Shown here in pieces: positions 8,749 through 16,228 of a stretch of 16,713 nucleotides of DNA (the stretch's first letter is position 1; each line of letters begins with the position of its first letter). Where the stretch lies: contig JAURAC010000047.1 of assembly GCA_030586555.1 (NCBI GenBank), positions 1-16,713 of the forward strand, given 5' to 3'. A program made the position numbers and the translations under genes. The DNA comes from Candidatus Subterrananammoxibius californiae. Lineage in GTDB: Bacteria; Planctomycetota; Brocadiia; Brocadiales; Subterrananammoxibiaceae. The notes beneath the pieces are model-generated. The model made no database searches. It was given only the letters and a program-made list of their open reading frames with translations, and had not been told where the DNA came from.

Positions 8749-10854
8749 CTACTCAACAATTTTCTTGAAATCTTCATTGTCCCGGAGGCTTTTAAAACTA
8801 TCATCATTTCGAGCAAGATCTTTATACTTAGCGTCCAGTCTTATTGCATTAGATAGTCTCCACCGTACATCAGATATAGCGCCTTTCAAAGCTGACTCAC
8901 GTGCCAGTTCATACCACTTCTTTGCTTTGTCAGACCTTAGGTTCTTAGCTTCGTCATATACCTGACGTGCATCGTCATGCTTCCCAAGCTTTTCAAGGAT
9001 AGCAGCCTTGCATCGCCACGCATTCTCCCATTCATCATCCCCGATTGATATGGCCTTTATGGCCTTATCATAGACTTGAAGCGCCTCTTCATAACGATTG
9101 AGTTTTTCAAGGCAAGCGCCTTTCTGAACCCATATAGAGCAATAATCAAAGAATCCTTTGTTTAGTTCTTCCACCTTAACAAGGGCATCAATTGCTTCCT
9201 CGTAGCGGTTCATCAAGGAAAGGAGTCCAGCTTTTTTATCCCATAAGCGGTAAGGATCTGAACGCCCTAATTCTATCGCTGCGGTATAAGATTGTATTGC
9301 CTCCTCATACCGTTTAAGGGAGCTAAATATATCTCCTTTCTTTTCCCATATCCATTTACCCCTATCAGGCGTTAGTTCTATTGCCCTTTTATACGCCAGA
9401 AGTGCGTCCTCATAACATTCAAGTCTGCCGAGTATATCGCCCCTATCCTCCCAATCATCAAGGTGTTCACTAAACAGTTTATATATTTCAATTGCTTTTT
9501 GCCATTTTGCTTTATACTTCTCTTCCGATCGTATTTTATCTATGAAGCTCTTCGAAGTAATTCTTGATATACTTGAAGTAAGCTTGATTCGAATCGTTTG
9601 GTCGTATAAAGGGTTTTTATCTTTTTCTTCAATTGTATCTCCTGCCAGTGCCAGAGCTGTGCAGCCAAGCCAAACCCTGATTAATTGGTCTTCATTAGTC
9701 TGAATAAATGGTCTGCAAGAGCCATAAATAACGATGGCATCATCCCAATTATGTAAAAGTATATTAAGTTCCATTAACTTTAACCATATTTCAGGATCTG
9801 TTGGGTTCTTTTCCACCGCGGTTTTATAATCTGCAATAACCTTTTCATACACTAATTTATCGTCAGCATTATATAATGGGTTATTTCTATTCTTCCAAAG
9901 ATTCTTAAGTAACCAGGCCCCTCGATATCTATAATACTCTCCTTGACCGGGGTCTAATTCTATAGCTCTACTTATATCTTCTATCGCCTTACTTGGCATA
10001 TCAATGGCATCCCCCCAAAAGATTGCACGCCGCATGTAGTGGTAAGGATGTGGCGGATCATTTTCAATATATATATACAGCCCGGAAAACGGTTGATCAT
10101 GTATGGTATAAACTTTATCTTCATCCTTGATCCGCCATATTTCTATTAGCTTTTTGTCTATTTGTTCAACTTTGACCCTTTCCGATAACGAATATTTATT
10201 TTCTTTGAAAAATTCTCTTAATTCATTCGAGACATTCCCTGCATTCAATTCCGTCTGAAGTTTACGATCTTCATATTTAACACCAATATGAAAGATATAC
10301 GTCTCAATAATTTCGTTATAGCAATCACGAAGATCCATGTTACGCCTAGAAAAGGAGCCATCTGTCATAGATTCAAAATAATATTCTGCCGCTTTGTAAT
10401 AGGCATCGTATGATTCCTGATAACGCCCAAATTTTTTCTTCAGTATATCGCCTTTATTTTTCCATGCCTCAGCACAGTCCGGTTTCAGCTCAATGGTTTT
10501 CTCATAAGCATTAAGCGCCTCTTCATAACGGTTAAGATTGACGAGAGTATCGCCCTTTGCTTGCCAATATGAAGCATCATCGGGTATTGCTTTCTCTATT
10601 CCCATAGCCCTATTCATATCTTCAACTGCACCTTCTGAATAACCATCCCTCCAAGAAGCTAAAGCAGATTTTATACGCGCACGTTTCATGAAGTAATGGG
10701 GATGTGGCGGCATATTCTTAATAATCTGGTTATAAGCCTCAAGAGCTTCTTCAGGATACCTTATATTATGCTCTATTGGAGCATAGCACCAGGAATCCCA
10801 TGCACGTTCTGCTTTTTCGAGCAGGGATTTTATCTCTTGGTCTGATAAGGCCAT
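8749..10854 (-). CDS. TPR protein, paralog 1 (701 aa, with ~80-aa inserted domain)
   Basis: MALSDQEIKSLLEKAE start with GGAGGT RBS, two PPHP motifs, the shared core, a TPR run and a capping module ending NEDFKKIVE. Confidence 0.92.
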   Translation of the reverse strand: MALSDQEIKSLLEKAERAWDSWCYAPIEHNIRYPEEALEAYNQIIKNMPPHPHYFMKRARIKSALASWRDGYSEGAVEDMNRAMGIEKAIPDDASYWQAKGDTLVNLNRYEEALNAYEKTIELKPDCAEAWKNKGDILKKKFGRYQESYDAYYKAAEYYFESMTDGSFSRRNMDLRDCYNEIIETYIFHIGVKYEDRKLQTELNAGNVSNELREFFKENKYSLSERVKVEQIDKKLIEIWRIKDEDKVYTIHDQPFSGLYIYIENDPPHPYHYMRRAIFWGDAIDMPSKAIEDISRAIELDPGQGEYYRYRGAWLLKNLWKNRNNPLYNADDKLVYEKVIADYKTAVEKNPTDPEIWLKLMELNILLHNWDDAIVIYGSCRPFIQTNEDQLIRVWLGCTALALAGDTIEEKDKNPLYDQTIRIKLTSSISRITSKSFIDKIRSEEKYKAKWQKAIEIYKLFSEHLDDWEDRGDILGRLECYEDALLAYKRAIELTPDRGKWIWEKKGDIFSSLKRYEEAIQSYTAAIELGRSDPYRLWDKKAGLLSLMNRYEEAIDALVKVEELNKGFFDYCSIWVQKGACLEKLNRYEEALQVYDKAIKAISIGDDEWENAWRCKAAILEKLGKHDDARQVYDEAKNLRSDKAKKWYELARESALKGAISDVRWRLSNAIRLDAKYKDLARNDDSFKSLRDNEDFKKIVE
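9590..9847. repeat. 258-bp intragenic direct repeat, copy 2
   Basis: 256/258 identical to 3290-3547. Confidence 0.95.
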
Positions 10855-10867
10855 TTTTTACCTCCGG

Positions 10868-12910
10868 TTATACTAATCCTACCTTGAACAGTTCATTCTC
10901 ATAGGCAGTAAGCGCCGCATTCAGGTCCCGGAATTCATTTTGTGTCAAAAGACCACTGGAGCTTGAATTCCAGATGAGGCCGTGCACCTTTGTATAAATT
11001 GCCTCATATTGCGACACAGAATCTCCCTTCTTTAGTAGTAGAGCAAGTTCATCTATTATCTGCGCAATCAACATCTGACGTTTTGGTTGGTTATCTAATT
11101 TTCGTTGCATAAAGTTTATAGTAAACTGGACCCATTTTATGAATTTTTCGAGGGTTTCGGGAGAAGGCGGTATTTTTTTTATCTTTCTTTCTATCTGTTT
11201 TTCCGACCCACCGTTACTTTGTGTGCCTCCTTCTTTTGGTTCTTTTGGTTTAGGCGGGGTTTTTTCGACCCTCGGATAATTCATGCCTACGGAGCTGAAT
11301 TGATTGATGCCTACATACGTTATTGATTCTGTCGAGAGGGCATTTCTGATCGTGACCTCAAGCTCCTTGTTGGCATTATAACCCATCTGGAAGGCCACAC
11401 TGCACTTATCGGGATCCTTAACAGCAAACTTTTGAATCCCTATAAATTTGTATTCATAAACGGTTTGCTGGCGCTCGCTCTTTGGGACTTGTTGAATTAT
11501 CCTAAAGTCATACAGACCGCTGAAGGTCATCCAGCTTAAAAAATGTTCCTCACTCTTAAATGGATATGGAGAATCCCGTGGTATGAGTATCTTGGGGACA
11601 TAGGTTTTTGCTTCCTCACTGAATTCAATTGTTTCTATCCCGTGGCCATGGGGCACTTTATCATCAACCTTACGGATTAAGGAGGTTACAGCGCCGGTAC
11701 AAACAGCGGTCATCCTGTCTACCGCCTCCTTGCCGGAATAGAATACCTCAAGCTGGCGTAATACCGCTGGATTGCTGTGAAATACTATTTTGAGTATGTC
11801 ATGGATACAGGGCAATCTCGTAGGACCGCCGATGATGACCACATGTTCGATTTCTGCAGTTGACCATCCAGCCTCATCAATAGCGGACATTACCTGGCGC
11901 CGACACTCCTCAAGGAGATTTTTTTCAAGCCCTTTCCCCTCTAACGCAGACTGCAGGTCTAATTGATCAAGGATACATCGGTACTTTTGACCGTCAATTT
12001 GAAACTCCTGCTCTATTCTTGTATCCCTCGATAGTCGTATTTTTGCTATTTCTGCTATTCTTCTCAAGATGGCCATGTTTGCCGGGCTGACATTGCTAAG
12101 TTGACACTTATCCATAATTAACTTCAAAAGACGATCATCCATATCAATCCCGCCCAGTCTCGGATCACCGGTATTCTTTTCAACCCGAAACCCAAATTCA
12201 TTTAATTGGTCAGGAAGACGATACAAGCATCCCGCTGTTACATCAAGGGTTCCTGCGCCGAGGTCAAACACCAAAATCTTGATGGGTCGCGCTGTTATCT
12301 CAATATCATAAGCCAGTGCTGCAGCAACAGGTTCAGGGATTGTCTTGATATATTGGAAGCCTGCACCCCTTGCAGCATCTACAATAGGGGTTACCCGCAA
12401 TGGGTCAAAATAGGCTGGAACTGAGACAACAACAGAGTCTATTGTTCCATTCACCTGTTGCTCGGCATCAGACTTTATCTTCTTGAATATTTCAGAGCAG
12501 AGATGTACCGGGGTATATGATTTTTCTCCAACAACTATGAGGCATTGGCCATTTGTCCTGTCGGGCCTTATGCGGTAAGGGAAGCGGTCCAATTCCCCGC
12601 TCTCCTTCAATTCTGTATAGGTTTTCCCAAGGAGTCTTTTAATTCCCCAGACAACATATTCGGGCTCGCTATATGCCTTTTCCTTGCTATTGATTCCAAT
12701 GTCGTTAATTGAGCCGTCTTTGTTAAAGGATATAAATGATGGGAATTCTTTGAAATCTTCTTGTTGATCAACAGATGGGGCTTTCCTTACCACCTTCCCT
12801 CCGAGACTCCTAATAATCTCTATATTTCCTTGCTTTGACTGTATTGCAGCCGAGGAATTGTACGTACCGAAATCAATGCCTATCCAATAATTGAGCATTT
12901 TCTTATTCAC
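10868..12910 (-). CDS. Hsp70 family protein, divergent (not canonical DnaK)
   Basis: NBD motifs IGIDFGT, IKRLLG, SVPAYF, EPVAAALAY, VFDLGAGTLDVT, LGGIDMD and IGGPTRLP, followed by a divergent substrate-binding and C-terminal region. The GTG start at 12910 overlaps the AAA stop (GTGA). ATG 12898, with an AGGTGA RBS 8 nt upstream, is an equally plausible start. Confidence 0.93.
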   Translation of the reverse strand: MNKKMLNYWIGIDFGTYNSSAAIQSKQGNIEIIRSLGGKVVRKAPSVDQQEDFKEFPSFISFNKDGSINDIGINSKEKAYSEPEYVVWGIKRLLGKTYTELKESGELDRFPYRIRPDRTNGQCLIVVGEKSYTPVHLCSEIFKKIKSDAEQQVNGTIDSVVVSVPAYFDPLRVTPIVDAARGAGFQYIKTIPEPVAAALAYDIEITARPIKILVFDLGAGTLDVTAGCLYRLPDQLNEFGFRVEKNTGDPRLGGIDMDDRLLKLIMDKCQLSNVSPANMAILRRIAEIAKIRLSRDTRIEQEFQIDGQKYRCILDQLDLQSALEGKGLEKNLLEECRRQVMSAIDEAGWSTAEIEHVVIIGGPTRLPCIHDILKIVFHSNPAVLRQLEVFYSGKEAVDRMTAVCTGAVTSLIRKVDDKVPHGHGIETIEFSEEAKTYVPKILIPRDSPYPFKSEEHFLSWMTFSGLYDFRIIQQVPKSERQQTVYEYKFIGIQKFAVKDPDKCSVAFQMGYNANKELEVTIRNALSTESITYVGINQFSSVGMNYPRVEKTPPKPKEPKEGGTQSNGGSEKQIERKIKKIPPSPETLEKFIKWVQFTINFMQRKLDNQPKRQMLIAQIIDELALLLKKGDSVSQYEAIYTKVHGLIWNSSSSGLLTQNEFRDLNAALTAYENELFKVGLV

Positions 12911-15057
12911 CTTCTATCTTGGCGGAAAAAACCCGTTTTAGGCTTCTCCACATCACTTATTGTTTTTTTCACAATCTCAATCGCATCCAGCAAATGTCTC
13001 ATTTGCACCTTTGTATTGGGCACAACATAAATAGCCTCTCTGAATGCAGTTAATGCAGCCCTACGACATACCTCTGCGATGTGTGCACCTGAAAACTGAC
13101 TGGACTCCAACACCAATTTCGCTAAATCAATATCATCAGCTAATGGTTTTGACTTGAGATGAATCCTAAAAATCTCCTGTCTCCCAGCCTCATCGGGTAA
13201 AGGTACCTCTATTTGATAATCAAATCTCCCCGGTCGTAATAAGGCAGGGTCTATCAGTTCCATCCTGTTTGTTGCCGCAATTACACATACATGTTTGCTT
13301 GTCTCAAAGCCATCCATTTCAGTAAGGAGCTGATTTACTACCCTGTCCGCTGCATCGCTGATAGACTTTCCTCTTGCTGCTGAGATAGCATCGATTTCAT
13401 CAAAGAATATGATGCACGGGCTTGACTCCCTTGCCTTTGAGAAAAGGTTTCTAATTCGCTGCTCGGATTCTCCAAACCATTTAGAAAGCACTTCAGGCCC
13501 TTTAATTGATATAAAGTTAGCTTCAGCTTCATTGGCAATGATCCTTGCGATTAAAGTCTTTCCTGTTCCAGGCGGCCCATATAATAATATTCCTTTTACC
13601 GGTGTGATACCGACTTTCTCAAATGATTCTGGGTCATTAAGAACCTGTATGATCTCCTCTATAATCGTATCCTTGATGGATGCTAAGCCGCCCACGTCTT
13701 TCCAACCGAGATTTGTAGGAACTTCTACGGCGAATTCACGCAAGGCAGAAGGTTTGACCCTATTTAATGCATTATCAAAATCACGTTTGCTTATCTGCAA
13801 ACCTGTGTTAACCTCTGGTCTCTTTCCGACGAGCTCCTCTATAGGATGTTCCCGTGTTAAAGCCTCAAACGCAGCCTCTCTACACAACATCATTAAATCT
13901 GCTCCGACAAATCCATGGGTCCTTCTGGCAATCTCATTTAAATCAACATCGTCAGAAAGTATCATATGCTTTGTCTTCTTCTTTAATATATCCATTCTTC
14001 CCTTCTTGTCTGGAACACCTATATGAATCTCATAGTCAAGACGCCCAGGCCTCCTTAATGCTAAGTCAAGAACATCCGGGGTGTTCGTAGTCGCGACAAC
14101 GATCACATTACCCAAAGACCTCAACCCATCCATTTCGGTGAGCAAGGTAGTTACGACTCTTCTTTCCAGATCGCCTCTTGTTGCAGTACGTGAACCGCCA
14201 ATTGCATCAATTTCGTCAATTAATATTATCGCGGGCGTCTTTCCTTTTGCTTTAGTAAATTTTTCTTTAATTACCTTTTCACTTTCACCGTATAATGAAT
14301 TGAATACCTCAGATGGATTTAGTTCTACAAAATTAGCTTTAATCTCTTCACTTAGTCCCCTTGCAATCATTGTCTTGCCGCATCCGGGTGGACCGCATAG
14401 TAAAATTCCTCTCGGTGGACGAATCCCGTGTGCAGAGAAAAATTCGGGCTGAATAATTGGCAAAAGAATCCTCTCTCTGATGAGTTTTTTCTCGCTTTCT
14501 AATCCACCAACCTCCTCGAGACCCTCAGAAGATAAAGCAGTCTTTTCTGTATCTATAATTAATTGTGTTGAAGCTGAAAATATCGCTAAATCTTCTGGCT
14601 GAACCTCTAAAATCTCAACAGTAATTTTATCTCCTGTGAAAAGATAGATTGGTTTCCTTTGGCCCGATTTTAGAGGATGTCTTGCGAGATAAGTCTTACA
14701 AAGGTTTTGGATCTCTTGAGGATTTACAAAATCACTTTTGGATACAGCAATACGGACTTGCTTTGAAGATATAGGCTTAAGCGGTAATATTTCAACATCG
14801 CTGCCTGCTGCCGCTGATAGGTCATTTAAAAGACATGGATCAATTTCAATAAAATCTTCTTTATTAGGTTGTATTGTTTTAATTATGCCACCACATTCTT
14901 TATTGTTTTGGGTATTTCTTAAGATGATATAGGAATCTTTAAAGTTGGTTTCAACCTGCCCGATACCTGTACTGCGAAACTTATTTACATCACCATAGAT
15001 GGCTACATAAGCCATCCCTTCCCATTCCGATTTTGTAGATTTAATAATAATATTCAT
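12907..15057 (-). CDS. CDC48/VAT/p97-family double AAA+ ATPase
   Basis: A ~175-aa N-domain and two AAA cassettes: GPPGCGKT/IDEID/ALRRPGRLD and GPPGTGKT/FDEID/ALLRPGRFD. It also has the Cdc48-type D1-D2 linker PSALREFAVEVP..W.DVGGL and the D2 pore loop SKWFGESE. Confidence 0.95.
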   Translation of the reverse strand: MNIIIKSTKSEWEGMAYVAIYGDVNKFRSTGIGQVETNFKDSYIILRNTQNNKECGGIIKTIQPNKEDFIEIDPCLLNDLSAAAGSDVEILPLKPISSKQVRIAVSKSDFVNPQEIQNLCKTYLARHPLKSGQRKPIYLFTGDKITVEILEVQPEDLAIFSASTQLIIDTEKTALSSEGLEEVGGLESEKKLIRERILLPIIQPEFFSAHGIRPPRGILLCGPPGCGKTMIARGLSEEIKANFVELNPSEVFNSLYGESEKVIKEKFTKAKGKTPAIILIDEIDAIGGSRTATRGDLERRVVTTLLTEMDGLRSLGNVIVVATTNTPDVLDLALRRPGRLDYEIHIGVPDKKGRMDILKKKTKHMILSDDVDLNEIARRTHGFVGADLMMLCREAAFEALTREHPIEELVGKRPEVNTGLQISKRDFDNALNRVKPSALREFAVEVPTNLGWKDVGGLASIKDTIIEEIIQVLNDPESFEKVGITPVKGILLYGPPGTGKTLIARIIANEAEANFISIKGPEVLSKWFGESEQRIRNLFSKARESSPCIIFFDEIDAISAARGKSISDAADRVVNQLLTEMDGFETSKHVCVIAATNRMELIDPALLRPGRFDYQIEVPLPDEAGRQEIFRIHLKSKPLADDIDLAKLVLESSQFSGAHIAEVCRRAALTAFREAIYVVPNTKVQMRHLLDAIEIVKKTISDVEKPKTGFFRQDRR

Positions 15058-15079
15058 AATATACTACCTTGTTTTTCAG

Positions 15080-15130
15080 GTATTTTTATGCCTGTCCCAT
15101 TATTACATAACCCGGTTACAAGCGTACTAA
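15080..15130 (-). repeat. Right copy of the imperfect inverted repeat bounding the block
   Basis: The minus strand reads TTAGTacgcTTGtAACcggGTTATGTaataaTGGGACAGGCATAAAAATAC. The 12-mer TGGGACAGGCAT (15099-15088) is identical to 1599-1610. Confidence 0.75.
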
Positions 15131-15158
15131 GTTCATTTATCCCCTCAAAATTGGGGTT

Positions 15159-15214
15159 ATAGACGAACCTGTTGCGTCTATCCCGATTCTGGCTGAAAAG
15201 CCAGAATACCCTAC
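15159..15214. repeat. Tandem hairpins, REP-like
   Basis: ATAGACG-9nt-CGTCTAT (15159-15181) and ATTCTGGCT-GAAA-AGCCAGAAT (15186-15207), followed by ACCCTAC (GTAG on the minus strand, the tetranucleotide of GTAG-family REPs). Confidence 0.45.
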
Positions 15215-15312
15215 CCTATAACTTTTTATTTTAGTTATCACCTACTTCTTTCAGGTCTATACTATCCAGTGGACTTCTGATCTTTCCAATGCTTTTTGTG
15301 CTGACATGGGTA

Positions 15313-15405
15313 TAAACCACGTTAGAATCATAGAGAGTTTATAGAATACGTAGTATGATATTTTATCACAGAGGTAAAAACCACAAATATTTCTAACAGG
15401 GTAAA
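15313..15405. mobile_element. Putative MITE (85 bp between TAAA direct repeats)
   Basis: TAAA-CCACGTTAGAA ... TTCTAACAGGG-TAAA: terminal inverted repeats 9/11 complementary, a possible 4-bp target duplication, and an interior too short to encode a transposase. Confidence 0.5.
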
Positions 15406-15511
15406 TCTCGGTCGTTTTGCTGCCTTTATCCCCCAATAGCTCCTGATACCACAGACAATATTGTGATACGCATACAATAGGTATAATATTATCCGTATTT
15501 AAGAAATAATA

Positions 15512-16228
15512 TCAAATATTATAACCTCGTTTTGTTATCATATAATGACGATGAATAAAAGTTGTTGAATTACCAATAATAATAATGGTTTTCATATCAA
15601 TTGGATGAGTGGTCATTTTATCAAGTGTTGTAAGAATGATAGTTTCGCCTTCCCTGCTTACGTCCTTCACAATGCCCACCGGAGTATTCGGTGATTTGTG
15701 ACGGAGAATGATCTCTGATGTCTTCTTAAGTTGCCAGTCTCTTTGTGAACTTTTTGGGTTATACAACACTATAACAAAATCTGCTTCAGCCGCGCATTCT
15801 ATACGCCTTTCTATCGTTTCCCATGGCGTCAACAGGTCGCTGAGACTTATTACGGCATAGTCGTGCATAAGCGGCGCACCAAGAATTGCAGCCGCTGCAT
15901 TTGCAGCAGGTATCCCTGAAATAATCTCCACATGTAAATCTAAATTTTCTTTGCAAACCATTTCCAGCACAAGCCCCGCCATGCCATAGACGCCAGGATC
16001 GCCACTACTTATAATACTTACAACTTTTCCATTTAAAGCTTCTTGAATTGCAAGTTCTACGCGTTCCACCTCTTTACGCATTGTTGAAGAAACAATGTGT
16101 TTACTGCTTATAATATCAATTATAAGGTCTATATACAGTTTATAACCAATAACTGTATCAGATTTCTTTAACGCATCTATAGCCCTCTGTGTAATATCAC
16201 CCTTATCGCCGGGTCCGATTCCTACCAC
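15512..16228 (-). CDS. cobJ: Precorrin-3B C17-methyltransferase (CobJ/CbiH)
   Basis: VGIGPG, SSGDPGVYGMAG, GAPLMHDYAVISLSDLLTPW, DFVIVLYNPKS, IIIIGNSTT and MITKRGY motifs; located downstream of cbiG. Confidence 0.96.
   Translation of the reverse strand: MVGIGPGDKGDITQRAIDALKKSDTVIGYKLYIDLIIDIISSKHIVSSTMRKEVERVELAIQEALNGKVVSIISSGDPGVYGMAGLVLEMVCKENLDLHVEIISGIPAANAAAAILGAPLMHDYAVISLSDLLTPWETIERRIECAAEADFVIVLYNPKSSQRDWQLKKTSEIILRHKSPNTPVGIVKDVSREGETIILTTLDKMTTHPIDMKTIIIIGNSTTFIHRHYMITKRGYNI

Noticed and set aside
3290..9847. 258-bp repeat pair as a diversity-generating retroelement TR/VR
   Set aside because: There are only two mismatches and they are not adenine-specific on one strand. Both copies are coding, and no reverse transcriptase is in the window.
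10868..12910. Calling the Hsp70 gene dnaK
   Set aside because: The linker and substrate-binding region are too divergent, and there is no grpE/dnaJ/hrcA context.
15058..15511. Cobalamin or c-di-GMP riboswitch, or a clear sigma70 promoter for the operon
   Set aside because: I saw no B12-box or GEMM consensus in the correct orientation, the region is downstream rather than upstream of the cob genes, and no well-spaced -35/-10 pair was found by eye.
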